Assembly (NCBI GenBank): GCA_002269645.1
Contig: NIVC01001051.1
Span: forward strand, 248,001-312,000
Reading direction: 5' to 3'
DNA from: Macrostomum lignano
Taxonomy: Eukaryota
DNA: 64,000 nucleotides
In this document: positions 12,829 through 27,079 of the stretch, in pieces
Position numbering within the stretch: position 1 is the first letter of the stretch
How the letters are laid out: each line of letters begins with the position of its first letter
The notes under the pieces: generated by a model
What the model was told of the DNA's origin: nothing
What the model saw: the letters and a program-made list of their open reading frames with translations, nothing else
The model's database searches: none
Translations under genes and position numbers: made by a program

Positions 12829-13185
12829 GCTAATCTGGGGAGCGGTGCTGATTTAAGGGAGTGGGGGCTAATCTGGGGAGCGGTACTGATTTAAGGGAGT
12901 GGGGGCTAATCTGGGGAGCGGTGCTGATTTAAGGGAGTGGGGGCTAATCTGCTGGATTAGGGCTAATCTGAGGGATTGGGGCTAATCTGGGGGATTGGGG
13001 CTAATCTAGAAGAAGTAGCGATGCGAATTTTTGCGGAGTGGTGCGAATCTGGAGAAGTAGTGCTAATCTGGGGAGGTGAAACTATCTGGGAAGCGGCGGT
13101 AATCTGTGGAGCAGTGCTAATCTGGGGGAAGTGGGGCTAATCTGGGGGTGTAGGGCTAATGTAGGAGAATTGTACTAATCTGGTG
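12829..13185 (+). repeat. G-rich degenerate array (gctaatctgggg core, 38-bp unit x3), probably inside a Helitron-like copy ending at CTAG 13432-13435
   Basis: Visible tandem units; downstream gccacccggagggggc hairpin followed by CTAG. Confidence 0.65.
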
Positions 13186-13435
13186 AGGATTTAAAAATAA
13201 CAAATAATCATAAAAGAACTATAAATGAATTGACATTGCAAAGATTCAAACATTAAGAAATGTAACTTTTTCGAACTTTTTAGTCTCAGTAAAATTGGTG
13301 TACAACTGCTTAGAGATTTGCTACTGCAGAACTGCTTGGAGATTAGTGTGATTTGCTGAGCGACTGTGCAAAACTGCTTATAGACAAGCGCTAAATTGCT
13401 AAGAAGCCACCCGGAGGGGGCAAAATGGCTTCTAG

Positions 13436-14976
13436 ATATACTAAATCTCTAATATTTGTATGCTTGTCCATAACGCTCTAGTCTTCTATCTATCTTCTAT
13501 CCAAATATACTAAATCTCTAAGGTTTGTATGTCCATAACGCTCTAGAGATTGCAATTCTTCACCGATTTTGATCGCGTTTTCGCCAAAAGATTCAAAATT
13601 GTCTGGAAAGAAGACGGTTAAAATTTCTTGTATCTGCTTCAATGCTAAAGGGATTAAATATTCGAAAAACTGTTTTAAATGGCCTTTTTCAATGCAAATT
13701 TTATCAGCCAGAAACTTCACTGCCAATTTTAATTGATTGCGCCAGAGCCAACTGATAAGAAAACTCACTCCGCTCCACTTAAAGGGGGGCAATAAAAAAA
13801 TTATTCTGGCTGCTGGCAGCCAGCTCTAATTAGCTAGTCTAATCTAAATATACTAAATCTCTAAGGTTTGTATGTTTGAATGCTTGCTTGTCCATAACGC
13901 TCTAGAGATTGCAATCTAAATATACTAAATCTCTAAGGTTTGTATGTTTGAATGCTTGCTTGTCCATAACGCTCTAGAGATTGCAATTCTTCACCGATTT
14001 TGATCGCGTTTTCGCCAAAAGATTCAAAACTGTCTGGAAAGAAGACAGTTAAAATTTCTTTAATCTGCTTCACTGCTAAAGGGATTAAATATTCGAAAAA
14101 CAGTTTTAAATGGGCGAATTCAATGCAAATTTTATCAGCGAGAAACTTCACAGTCAATCTTAATTGATTGCGCCAGAGCCAACTGATAAGAAAACTCACT
14201 GGACCCCACGTAAAGGGGGGCAATAAAAAATTATTCTGGCTGCTGGCAGCCAGCTCTAATTAGCTAGTCTAAATCTAAATATACTAAATCTCTAAGCTTT
14301 GTATGTTTGAATGCTTGCTTGTCCATAACGCTCTAGAGATTGCAATTCTTCACCGATTTTGATCGCGTTTTCGCCAAAAGATTTGTAATCAGCCTGGGAT
14401 TGTATGGTTAAAATTTCTTGTATCTGCTTCAATGCTAAAGGGATTAAATATTCGAAAAACTGTTTTAAATGGGCTTTTTCAATGCAAATTTTATCAGCGA
14501 GAAACTTCACAGTCAATTTTAATTGATTGCGCCAGAGCCAACTGACTGATAAGAAAACTCACTGGACCCCACTTAAAGGGGGGCAATAAAAAATTATTCT
14601 GGCTGCTGGCAGCCAGCTCTAATTAGCTAGTCTACATATACTAAATCTCTAATATTTGTTTGTATGCTTGTCCATAACGCTCTAGAGATTGCAATTCTCG
14701 ACCGATTTCGATCGCGTTTTCGCCAAAAGATTTGTAATCAGCCTGGGATTGTATGGTTAAAATTTCTTGTATCTGCTTCAATGCTAAAGGGATTAAATAT
14801 TCGAAAAACTGTTTTAAATGGGCTTTTCCAATGCAAAATTTTATCAGCGAGAAACTTCACAGTCAATCTTAATTGATTGCGCCAGAGCCAACTGATAAGA
14901 AAACTCACTGGACCCCACTTAAAGGGGGGCAATAAAAAATTATTCTGGCTGCTGGCAGCCAGCTCTAATTAGCTAG
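13436..14976 (+). mobile_element. Head-to-tail array of four ~350-430-bp non-autonomous Helitron-like units
   Basis: Each starts TC..ATATACTAAATCTC with a GTTTGTATG microsatellite and CCGATTTTGAT, and ends with hairpin CTGGCTGC-TG-GCAGCCAG then CTAG (13834, 14264, 14627, 14973). Confidence 0.8.
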
Positions 14977-17900
14977 TCCAATATACTAAAAATCCTATAT
15001 ACTAAAAATGGTCTGTCTGTGTCTATCTATCTATCTATCTATCTATGTGATCGATTAGAGAAAAAATGGCTGGACCGATTTTGTTCGAACTTGCACTGTT
15101 CGATCAGAAATTTTCCCGTGACGGTACATGCATCGTGGCTAAGAAATTGCTCGATGCTAAAGGCATTAAATATTCGAAAAACATGCTTTTTTGCAAAGGT
15201 CAAGCAAACTTTTCGACTTGAAATGCATTGTAAGAATGCTAGAGAAAAAACTTACTGGTTGAATTCTGATTCTGAAATAGATTGCATCATAACTGAATTG
15301 TAACTCCGACTTGAATTGGAAATGCAGTGTGAAAGCGTAGCACCAGACTTGATTTAAATTGCGTAACCATATTGTTAACTGATACCGACTGACTGAAAAA
15401 CTGATTATGTCATAACTGCTTCGTGTGATTTACTCTATGCTTGGATTTTAAAGTGTTGAATTATATAAGTGCAAAAGTTGATGTTATCAAAACGATGAGA
15501 GCTAGCCTAGAGGTGAACAAACTGAACAGCTAAATGCAGAGACGATGGTTCGAATTTTCATAGAGTATAATTTTTTTAATTAAAGCTTTTCAACGTCAGG
15601 AAAACTAAAAGACTTTTTAAAAAGAAGCGTCATGTAAAAAATCATAGAAGCGTCATGTAAACAATCATAGAAGCGCCATGTAAACAATCATAGAAGCGTC
15701 ATGTAAAAAAATCATAGAAGCGTCATGTAAACAATCATAGAAGCGTCATGTAAACAATCATAGAAGCGTCATGTAAACAATCATAGAAGCGTCATGTAAA
15801 CAATCATAGAAGCGTCATTTAAACAATCATAGAAGCGTCATTTAAAAAATCATAGAAGCGTCATGTAAACAATCATAGAAGCGTCATGTAAAAATCATAG
15901 AAGCGTCATGTAAACAATCATAGAAGTGTCATGTAAAAAAATCATAGAAGCGTCATGTAAAGAATCGTAGAAGCGTCATGTAAACAATCATAGAAGCGTC
16001 ATTTAAAAAATCATAGAAGCGTCATGTAAAAATCGTAGAAGCGTCATGTGAAAAATCATAGAAGCGTCATGTAAACAATCATAGAAGCGTCATGTAAACA
16101 ATCATAGAAGCGTCATGTAAAAAATCATAGAAGCGTCATGTAAACAATCATAGAAGCGTCATGTAAACAATCATAGAAGCGTCATGTAAACAATCATAGA
16201 AGCGTCATGTAAACAATCATAGAAGCGTCATGTAAACAATCATAGAAGCGTCATGTAAACAATCATAGAAGCGTCATGTAAACAATCATAGAAGCGTCAT
16301 GTAAAAATCATAGAAGCGTCATGTAAACAATCATAGAAGTGTCATGTAAAAAAATCATAGAAGCGTCATGTAAAGAATCGTAGAAGCGTCATGTAAACAA
16401 TCATAGAAGCGTCATGTAAAAATCATAGAAGCGTCATGTAAAAATCGTAGAAGCGTCATGTAAAAAATCATAGAAGCGTCATGTAAACAATCATAGAAGC
16501 GTCATGTAAACAATCATAGAAGCGTCATGTAAAAAATCATAGAAGCGTCATGTAAACAATCATAGAAGCGTCATGTAAACAATCATAGAAGCGTCATGTA
16601 AACAATCATAGAAGCGTCATGTAAACAATCATAGAAGCGTCATGTAAACAATCATAGAAGCGTCATGTAAAAAGCAATCATAGAAGTGTCATGTAAAAAA
16701 ATCATAGAAGCGTCATGTAAAGAATCGTAGAAGCGTCATGTAAACAATCATAGAAGCGTCATTTAAAAAATCATAGAAGCGTCATGTAAAAATCGTAGAA
16801 GCGTCATGTAAAAATCATAGAAGCGTCATGTAAACAATCATAGAAGCGTCATGTAAACAATCATAGAAGCGTCATGTAAACAATCATAGAAGCGTCATGT
16901 AAACAATCATAGAAGCGTCATGTAAACAATCATAGAAGCGTCATGTAAACAATCATAGAAGCGTCATGTAAACAATCATAGAAGCGTCATGTAAACAATC
17001 ATAGAAGCGTCATGTAAAAAATCGTAGCAGCGTCATGAAAAAATCATAGAAGCGTCATTTAAAAAATCATAGAAGCGTCATGTAAACAATCATAGAAGCG
17101 CCATGTAAACAATCATAGAAGCGTCATTTAAAAAATCATAGAAGCGTCATGTAAACAATCATAGAAGCGCCATGTAAAAAATCATAGAAGCGTCATGTAA
17201 ACAATCATAGAAGCGCCATGTAAACAATCATAGAAGCGTCATGTAAAAAATCATAGAAGCGTCATGTAAACAATCATAGAAGCGTCATGTAAAAAATCAT
17301 AGAAGCGTCATGTAAACAATCATAGAAGCGTCATGTAAACAATCATAGAAGCGTCATGTAAACAATCATTGAAGCGTCATGTAAAAAATCATAGAAGCGT
17401 CATGTAAACAATCATAGAAGCGTCATGTAAACAATCATAGAAGCGTCATGTAAACAATCATAGAAGCGTCATGTAAACAAGCATAGAAGCGTCATGTAAA
17501 CAATCATAGAAGCGCCATGTAAACAATCATAGAAGCGTCGTTTAAAAAATCATAGAAGCGTCATGTAAACAATCATAGAAGCGTCATGTAAAAAATCATA
17601 GAAGCGTCATGTAAACAATCATAGAAGCGTCATGTAAACAATCATAGAAGCGTCATGTAAACAATCATAGAAGCGTCATGTAAAAAATCATAGAAGCGTC
17701 ATGTAAACAATCATAGAAGCGTCATGTAAACAATCATAGAAGCGTCATGTAAACAATCATAGAAGCGTAATTTAAAAAATCATAGAAGCGTCATGTAAAA
17801 AATCATAGAAGCGCTATGTAAACAATCATAGAAGCGTCATGTAAACAATCATAGAAGCGTCATGTAAAAATCATAGAAGCGTCATGTAAACAATCATAGA

Positions 17901-20351
17901 AGCGTCATGTAAAAATCATAGAAGCGTCATGTAAAAAATCATAGAAGCGTCATGTAAAAAATCATAGAAGCGTCATGTAATGAATCATAGAAGCGTCATG
18001 TAAAGAATCGTAAAAGCGTCATGTAAACAATCATAGAAGCGTCATTTAAAAAATCATAGAAGCGTCATGTAAAAATCGTAGAAGCGTCATGTAAAAAATC
18101 ATAGAAGCGTCATGTAAACAATCATAGAAGCGTCATGTAAACAATCATAGAAGCGTCATGTAAACAATCATAGAAGCGTCATGTAAACAATCATAGAAGC
18201 GTCATGTAAACAATCATAGAAGCGTCATGTAAACAATCATAGAAGCGTCATGTAAACAATCATAGAAGCGTCATGTAAACAATCATAGAAGCGTCATTTA
18301 AACAATCATAGAAGCGTCATGTAAAAAATCGTAGCAGCTTCATGAAAAAATCATAGAAGCGTCATGTAAAAAATCATAGAAGCGTCATGTAAACAATCAT
18401 AGAAGCGCCATGTAAACAATCATAGAAGCGTCATTTAAAAAATCATAGAAGCGTCATGTAAACAATCATAGAAGCGCCATGTAAAAAATCATAGAAGCGT
18501 CATGTAAACAATCATAGAAGCGCCATGTAAACAATCATAGAAGCGTCATTTAAAAAATCATAGAAGCGTCATGTAAACAATCATAGAAGCGTCATGTAAA
18601 AAATCATAGAAGCGTCATGTAAACAATCATAGAAGCGTCATGTAAACAATCATAGAAGCGTCATGTAAACAATCATTGAAGCGTCATGTAAACAATCATA
18701 GAAGCGTCATGTAAACAATCATAGAAGCGTCATGTAAACAATCATATAAGCGTCATGTAAAAAATCATAGAAGCGTCATGTAAACAATCATAGAAGCGTC
18801 ATGTAAACAATCATAGAAGCGCCATGTAAACAATCATAGAAGCGTCATTTAAAAAATCATAGAAGCGTCATGTAAACAATCATAGAAGCGTCATGTAAAA
18901 AATCATAGAAGCGTCATGTAAACAATCATAGAAGCGTCATGTAAACAATCATAGAAGCGTCATGTAAACAATCATAGAAGCGTCATGTAAAAAATCATAG
19001 AAGCGTCATGTAAACAATCATAGAAGCGTCATGTAAACAATCATAGAAGCGTCATGTAAACAATCATAGAAGCGTAATTTAAAAAATCATAGAAGCGTCA
19101 TGTAAAAAATCATAGAAGCGCTATGTAAACAATCATAGAAGCGTCATGTAAACAATCATAGAAGCGTCATGTAAAAATCATAGAAGCGTCATGTAAACAA
19201 TCATAGAAGCGTCATTTAAAAAATCATAGAAGCGTCATGAAAAAATCATAGAAGCGTCATGTAAACAATCATAGAAGCGTCATGTAAACAATCATAGAAG
19301 CGTCATGTAAACAATCATAGAAGCGTCATGTAAAAAATCATAGAAGCGTCATGTAAAAAATCATAGAAGCGTCATGTAAAAAATCATAGAAGCGTCATGT
19401 AATGAATCATAGAAGCGTCATGTAAACAATCATAGAAGCGTAATGTAAAAAATCATAGAAGCGTCATGTAAAAAATCATAGAAGCGTCATGTAAACAATC
19501 ATAGAAGCGTCATGTGAAAAATCATCGAAGCGTCATCTAAAAAATCGTAGAAGCGTCATGTAAGAAATCATAGAAGCGTCATGTAAAAATCATAGAAGCG
19601 TCATGAAAAAATCATAGAAGCCTCATTTAAAAAGTAATGAAAGTGTCATTTAAAATATTAAGAAGCATCATGGTAGAATAAAAGAAGCGTCATGTCAGAC
19701 ATGAAGGGTGTCATGTAAAAATTAAATGAAGCTATAATGCTGTGCTGGGGAGAATTACTGAGATGTCAAGGCTCTCAGAGAATAACTTAGATTACGGGGG
19801 GGGGGTTTCTGAGATGTCAAAGCAATAGTCAGAGGCTATTTCAAAGTTCATGTACTTTACTCAATTTTTTATTGCATTCTTTGTTGGCTCGCCACGGGGG
19901 GGGGCGCTGATAAAAAAGCGTAATGTAAAAAATAAAAGAAGCTTCATGTCGAAGTTAAGAGATTCATTTGGGAATCCCTACGATGTCGAGGCTTGCAGGG
20001 AATCGCTATAATGCTGTAGTAGTGCTATAATGACTCTCAGAGAGAATTACTGAAATTTCAATGCTTTAGGGTTAGGTCAGGGTTAGGGTTAGGCTAGGGT
20101 TAGGGTTAGGCTAGGGTTAGGGTTAGAAGGTTGACAGATATTTTTAGATTTCCAAGGCTTATTGGGGGCATTGCTGAGATGTCAATGGGGGAAGTTGATA
20201 TGTTAAAGCTTGTGGGGGGGGGGAGTTATTGACATGTCAAGGCTTACAAGGTTTGACAGGAGATTTTTTAAGATTTCAAGGAAATATGTAGCTTATTAAA
20301 AAACGTGTATTGCATTTCTTTGGCTCCCCAACGGGGGGCGTAGATTGCTAG
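14977..20351 (+). mobile_element. Non-autonomous Helitron-like element carrying a 4-kb satellite
   Basis: 5' TCCAATATACTAAAAAT..GTCTGTCTGTG-(TCTA)n..GGACCGATTTTG; 3' ccccaacggggggc hairpin then CTAG at 20348-20351. Confidence 0.75.
15622..19630 (+). repeat. 23-bp satellite caatcatagaagcgtcatgtaaa, roughly 170 copies
   Basis: Contiguous tandem units with no spacers. Confidence 0.97.
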
Positions 20352-20387
20352 TCAAAACTATGTACCTATAGGAACCTTCGCTTAACT

Positions 20388-23300
20388 TCTATCTACATAT
20401 ACTAAATCTCTAATATTTGTATGCTTGAATGTCCATAACGCTCTAGAGATTGCAATTCTTCACCGATTTTGATCGCGTTTTCGCCAAAAGATTTGTAATC
20501 AGCCTGGGATTGTATGGTTAAAATTTGTTGAATCTGCTTCAATGCTAAAGGGATTAAATATTCGAAAAACATGCTTTTTTTCAAAGGTCAAGCAGCTCTT
20601 TCGACTTGAAATGCGCTGTAAAAATGCTAGAGAAAAAACCGACTGACTGAATTCTAACTCTGAAATAGATTGCATCACAACAAGTTGAAAACACTGTGCC
20701 AAGTTGAAAGACAGAAATGGCGTAACCATATTGCTAACTTTAATTGAGACTGATGCTGACCGCCTGAGTATTTGATTATGTCATAGCTGCTTCGTGTGAC
20801 TTTCACTCGAAGAGAATTTGTGTTAGTATTCGTGTAACGTCTTAGAGATCGAACCGATTGACCAATTTTAATCGCATTTTCCCCAAAACATTTGTAATTA
20901 TCTAGAAAGAAGACAGTTAAAATTTCTTTAATCGGCTTTAATGCTAAAGGTGTTAAATATTCGAAAAACGAGTTTTCCCAATGCTTTTAATGAGAGGGCA
21001 AACTAGGTTGAATTCTTGACTGGCTGAATTCCAATTCTAATTATGATTGCGCCACAACTGCGTACTGCATATTCTCGCTATAAACTGACTCTGAGCTTTT
21101 CAGCTGGAGGCAGTGTGCCATGCATTGCGCAGGCACTCTGGAGGGAGAGCGAAATCAGCCAGTGCATTTTAAAAGTATTGAAATGAAATAATGCTCAGTG
21201 GCTGCGTGTGTACATTCTTCTGACCTTGGCTGAATGGCTCTGCCGGCACCAAACCTGTGCACACTGAGCAGCCCATCACTGCTATGTATTTGACTGAATG
21301 TCGAAGCATATATGGCTGATTTTTGCGCCCTCCCTTCAGTAGGCGGAATAGCCGCAGTGTAGGCACTAGGACTAGGTTTAGGCTAGGCGTAAGGTCCAAG
21401 GTTCGAGTCCGCCTCGCCGGCCGATAATTAAAATTAAGTAAATTAGTTCATTTATAGCTTGCGCCTCAACTAATTGAATCATTTTTTATTAATTAGTAAG
21501 CCACACTCAATGAATTATTTTTGCTATGCAGCACAATATTTTTGCTATTCAGCACAAGTTGCTAAACAAATTTGATTTTGTCAATTTGAATTTGATTTGA
21601 TTTCAGCCAGTGCATTTTAAAATCTGATTCGTAAAAAAATTAATTCTGCTGCTTTACTGCTTTCGAATTGCAGACGATGCTGCTAAATAGCTAAACAGCT
21701 GAAGGTACTGCTAAATGCTGAGCTGCGCAAAAGACTGCCGATATGTATCGAAAATTGATTAGTGAGCCGTACTAAATGCTGAGCAAATTTTCAGATTACT
21801 GAAAGAATCATTGCTGAGAAGACTGAGGAGCCGGCCGAGAGGAGAACTGCAGACTGCTGAGGGGAACTGCAGATTGTCGAAGGGATCATTCATGCAAAAC
21901 TGCAAAGGGAAAAATTGCAAAAAACTGCTGAGGTAGTTTCTCTAGACTTGTGTATAGTGTATATGTGTGTATAGCAAAGCAAGTTTTTGAGGGGATAACT
22001 GCGACTGCTGAGTGAAGTATTGTAGTTTGCTGCTGGAAATGAAAGTTGTAGACGGCAAAGTGAATACCTGCAGGCTGCTAAGAGTATGACTGCAGTCTGT
22101 TTGCGCGATTAGAAGGGATAGCTAATTTCAGGTTGTTGTGGGGATAACTGCCGATTTCTGGGGGGGGGGGGGTTAATTCAAACTGCGAAGTTACTAAACT
22201 TCTAGAATAGTATAAGGTTTTTAGTAGAAGGTCGGCAGTTCGAGTCTACATTGAAGCAGCGAATTTATCTTTGTGACAATAATCATTGTTTCCGATGGGG
22301 ATTCATGCAAATTTTTAACATTATATTTTGTATATACTTTTGCTGGGGCTACGCTAAGCTTCAAGAGCAGCGCTTATCTGCTGCAAGTGCTAATTTGCAA
22401 AGGCTATTGCTAATCTGGGTGAGCAGCGCTAATCTAACGCATTCAATAAAATAATAAATTTAGCCTGCAAGTTGCAAAAACATTTCAAATGGTTTCGACT
22501 ATTCAGAAGCAATACATGTATGGCCTTAAGCAAAGATTAGAGGCCATCTGCTCACTGATTGTTGAAAACAGTGCTGGTAAACAATTACTAAACTTCTGGT
22601 GAAGCATTCCTAAACTGCTGGTAAAGCATTGCTGAAATGCTGGTGAACCATTGCTGAAATGCTGGTGAACCATTGCTAAACTGCAGAAAGCTATGATGAA
22701 ATATTGTAATTTTTTAATATAAACTTCTTTTAAAAAGAAGAAAACGCAACGCGAGAAAAAGCGAACAAGAATCATCATGTCAATTATAAAAGAAGCGCCC
22801 TGTCGAGAGTAAAAGTCTCATTGGGAATTGCTAAGACTGTTAAGACTGCTAAGAATATTGCTACGAGCATAATGCTGGTATGGCAAATTGCTGTGATATA
22901 TCAATACTCATGGGAGGATTTATAAGATCTCAAGGCACAAGGGAAATTGCTATAATTGTCATTCTGGGGAGAACTGCTTTGATTTCAAGATTCATTAGAG
23001 AAATTGCAGAAATAAATTGTTGAAATGCAAGTGCCAAGATATCAAAAGGTATCAAAAGTCACTCAATTTTCAGGCTCATGGGGAAATTACTAACATTTCC
23101 AAAGCTCATTGGGGAATTGCTGAAATTCTGCTGCAGGTTAAGGGTTAGGCTTTGGGTTCAATTATAGAGCGATAGTCGTGTCAATCATTAATGATCCATC
23201 GAGGAATTGCTAAGATTAAATGCTCTTGGGGCGAATTACTTAAATGCTTTGGCTCTATGGGGAATTACTGACAGGTCAAGGCTTCCGGTGAAATTTAGAT

Positions 23301-25036
23301 TTAAAAGCTTATGAGGAAGTTACTTTAATGCTGAGGCTCAAGGCTCATTGTCGAAATTGCTAACATGCCAAGATTCTCTTATGGGTTAGGGTTAGAGGCT
23401 TAGGGTCAGTTTTGGTTCAATCATAGATTAACCGCTGTCAACCATAAATTAAAGACTTGCTAAGATATCTAAGCTCATCGGGGAATAGCTGAGTTGTCAA
23501 GGCTTATAAGGGGATTGCTGAGTTATCAAGGCTTATAAGGGGATTGCTGAATTCTTGGGAGAGGGGAGTTGGGTTGTTGGGATGTCAAGGCTAATTACTG
23601 CGCTGGGAGAATTGCATAGATGTCGAGGCTGGAGTTTAATTGCTGCGATGTCGAGGCTTAATGGGGTTATTCCTGAGATGTCAAGGCTTACTGGGGAATT
23701 GCTGAGATGTTAAGGCTTACTGGGGAAATGCTGAGATCTCAAGACTTACTGGGGGAATTGCTGATATGCCAAGGCTAACTGGGGAAATTACTGAGATGTC
23801 AAGGCTTACTGGGGGAATTGCTGAGATCTCAAGGCTTACTGGGGGAATTGCTGAGATCTAAAGGCTTACTTAGATCTCAAGGCTTACTGGGGAAATGCTG
23901 AGATCTCAAGACTTACTGGGAAAAGTTTTGAGATCTCAGAGCTTACGGTGGGAATTGCTGAGATCTCAAGGCTTACTGGGGGAATTACTGAGATGTCAAG
24001 GCTTACTGGGAGAATTACTGGGATGTCAAGGCTTACTGGGGGGATTGCTGAGATGTCAAGGCTTACTGGGGAAATGCTGAGATGTCAAGGCTTACTGGGG
24101 GAATTGCTGAGATCTAAAGGCTTACTTAGATCTCAAGGCTTACTGGGGAAATGCTGAGATCTCAAGACTTACTGAGAGAATTTTTGAGATCTCAGAGCTT
24201 ACGGGGGGAATTGATGAGATCTCAAGGCTTACTGGGATCTCAAGGCTTACTGGGGGAATTGCTGAGATCTCAAGGCTTACTGGGGGAATTGCTGATTGTC
24301 AAGGATAACTGAGGGAATTGCTGAGATCTAAAGGCTTACTGGGATCTCAAGGCTTACTGGGGGAATTGCTGAGATCTCAAGGCTTACTGGGGGAATTGCT
24401 GAGATGTCAAGGCTTACTGGGGGAATTGCTGAGATCTAAAGGCTTACTGGGATCTCAAGGCTTACTGGGGGAATTGCTGAGATGTCAAGGCTCATGGACG
24501 ATGGCTGAATTGTTGGGGGGGGGGGGTGTTAGGTTGTTAGGCGATTGTCAGATAGTCAGGTAGTACGACTCAAGTAGCTCCTGTAATTCAGATATTGAAA
24601 AAGTACACACAAGTGATGCTGATTTCTGCTAATAGGAAATACCAGCGCATTCATTAAAGGTTTGATCCTTTGATTTAGGCTAATATAGAGAGAGGGTCTA
24701 AGGGCGTCAGGGATTTGCATATTGAGCTCTTGCTGCGGATCAGAATATGCCCCGGCCATTGACGATATCCATCAAGAGTTTGTGCTTGAAAGGATAAGCA
24801 CTATTTGCTGATTTAGAAAGGGTTTTGGGCTGATGAAGGAAACTTTTTTGGCTAATGAAAGTTTGGATTAATGGCAATTTATTTCTGCCAAAATGAGAAA
24901 AGGTATTTTTTGATTAATGGAAATCAATATTTTGGACGATTATAGTAAAGTTATTATAGTAAAGTTACTCTTGTGCAAAAATAAAAACCAATTGGTGTCA
25001 TTTTCAAGGCTCCCCAGCGGGGGGCTAAATGGCTAG
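20388..25036 (+). mobile_element. Non-autonomous Helitron-like element with a 30-bp array
   Basis: 5' tctacatatactaaatctc matches the 13.4-15 kb units; 3' ccccagcggggggc hairpin then CTAG at 25033-25036. Confidence 0.7.
23670..24490 (+). repeat. 30-bp minisatellite gctgagatgtcaaggcttactgggggaatt
   Basis: Tandem units; they give the LLRCQGLLGE pseudo-ORFs. Confidence 0.9.
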
Positions 25037-25727
25037 TCCAATATACTAAAAATGGTCTGTCTGTGTCTATGTGATCGATTAGAGAAAAAATGGCTCAACC
25101 GATTTTCTTCGAACTTGCACTGTTCGATCATAAATTTTTCTGTGACGGTACATGCATCGTGGCTAAGAAATTGCTCGATGCTAAAGGGATTAAATATTCG
25201 AAAAACATGCTTTTTTGCAAAGGTCAAGCAGCTCTTTCGACTTGAAATGCATTGTAAGAATGCTAGAGAAAAAACTGACTGGTTGAATTCTGATTCTGAA
25301 ATAGATTGCATCATCACAATAGGCTTTTATTTATCATTTGTGTACTGGCTGAATTTTGACACTGAATTGAATTACGTCACAGTATCGAAAACGCAGTGTG
25401 GAAGCATAGCACAATACTTGATTTATCTTGCGTAACCATATTGCTAACTTTAATAGACTGGTACTGACTTGCCTAAGAAATTGATTATGTCATAACTGCC
25501 TCGTGTAACTTTTACTCAATTGACTTGGTGTGAGTGTTGAATTATAAGTGCTACAAATTCATTTATAATTTCAATGAGAGCTAGCCTAGATGTAAACAAA
25601 CTGGATTGCTAATGCAGCTACCTGGGTTCGAATCTTAGTAGTGTATAAAATAATAAAAGTAGCATAATTTTTTTATTGAAAGCTTTTATTCAAAAACTAA
25701 TTAAAAAGACCTGGATTATGGATTATA

Positions 25728-26686
25728 AGCCAAGGATTATTGCACTTGATAAACCAAGGATTATTGCACTGGATAAGCCAAGGATTACTGCACTTGATAA
25801 ACCAAGGATTATTGCACTTGATAAGCCAAAGATTACTGCGCTTGATAAACCAAGGATTATTGCACTTGATAAGCCAAGGATTATTGCACTCGATAAGCCA
25901 AGGATTACTGCGCTTGATAAACCAAGGATTACTGCACTTGATAAACCAAGGATTATTGCACTTGATAAACCAAGGATTATTGCATTTGATAAGCCAAAGA
26001 TTACTGCGCTTGATAAACCAAGGATTATTGCACTTGATAGACCAAGGATTATTGCACTTGATAAACCAAGACTTACTGCACTTGATAAGCCAAGGATTAT
26101 TGCACTTGATAGACCAGAACTTACTGAACTTAATAAACCCCCTTACTGCACTTGATAAACCAAGGATTACTGCACTTGATAAGCCAAGGATTTCTGCACT
26201 CAATAAGCCAAGGATTACTGCGCTTGATAAACCAAGGATTACTGCACTTGATAAGCCAAGGATTACTGCACTTGATAAACCAAGGATTATTGAACTTGAT
26301 AAACCAAGGACTACTGCGCTTGATAAACAAAGGATTACTGCACTTGATAAACCAAGGATTATTGCACTTGATAAGACAAGGATTATTGCACTTGATAGAC
26401 CAGAACTTACTGCACTTGATAAACCAAGGATTACTGCACTTGATAAACCAAGGATTTCTGCACTTGATAAACCAAGACTTACTGCACTTGATAAGCCAAG
26501 GATTACTGCACTTGATAAACCAATGATTACTGCACTTGATTAACCAAGACTTACTACAATTGATAAACCAAGGATTACTGCACTTGATAAGCCAACGATT
26601 ACTGCACTTGATAGACCAAGGCTTACTGCACTTGATAAACCAAGGATTACTGCGCTTGGCAAACGAAGGATTACTGCGCTTGATAA
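25728..26686 (+). repeat. 24-bp minisatellite ccaaggattactgcacttgataaa, about 40 copies
   Basis: Tandem units; they give the KPRITALD pseudo-ORFs. Confidence 0.95.
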
Positions 26687-27079
26687 GCTTGGCTACATGT
26701 ATGGGATTCTTTCTATCTAGGGATGTTTGCTTTTTATGGATTCTTGCTAACTGGGTGGATGCTTGCTATCTGGGGGATGCTTGCTGTCTGGGTGGATGCT
26801 TCTACAATATCTGGGGGTGCTTGGTATCTGCAGGATGCTTGCTGTCTGGGTAGATGCTTCTACAATATTTGGGGGATGCTTGCTATCTAGCTGGATGCTT
26901 TTACAATATTTGGGGGATGCTTGTTATCTGCAGATGCTTGCTATTTGGGTGGATGCTTCTACAATATTTGGGAAATGCTTGCTGTCTGCAGGATGCTTGC
27001 TATCTGCAGATGCTTGCTATCTGGGTGGATGCTCCTACAATATTTGGGGGATGCTTGCTATCTGGGTGGATGCTTCTAG

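Noticed and set aside
13490-14932. Repeated ~100-aa ORFs (MPPFKW...) as a tandem gene family
   Set aside because: They are antisense readings of the Helitron-like tandem units, with variable frameshifts
15622-19630. CRISPR array
   Set aside because: Contiguous 23-bp monomers with no unique spacers, no cas genes, and a eukaryotic context
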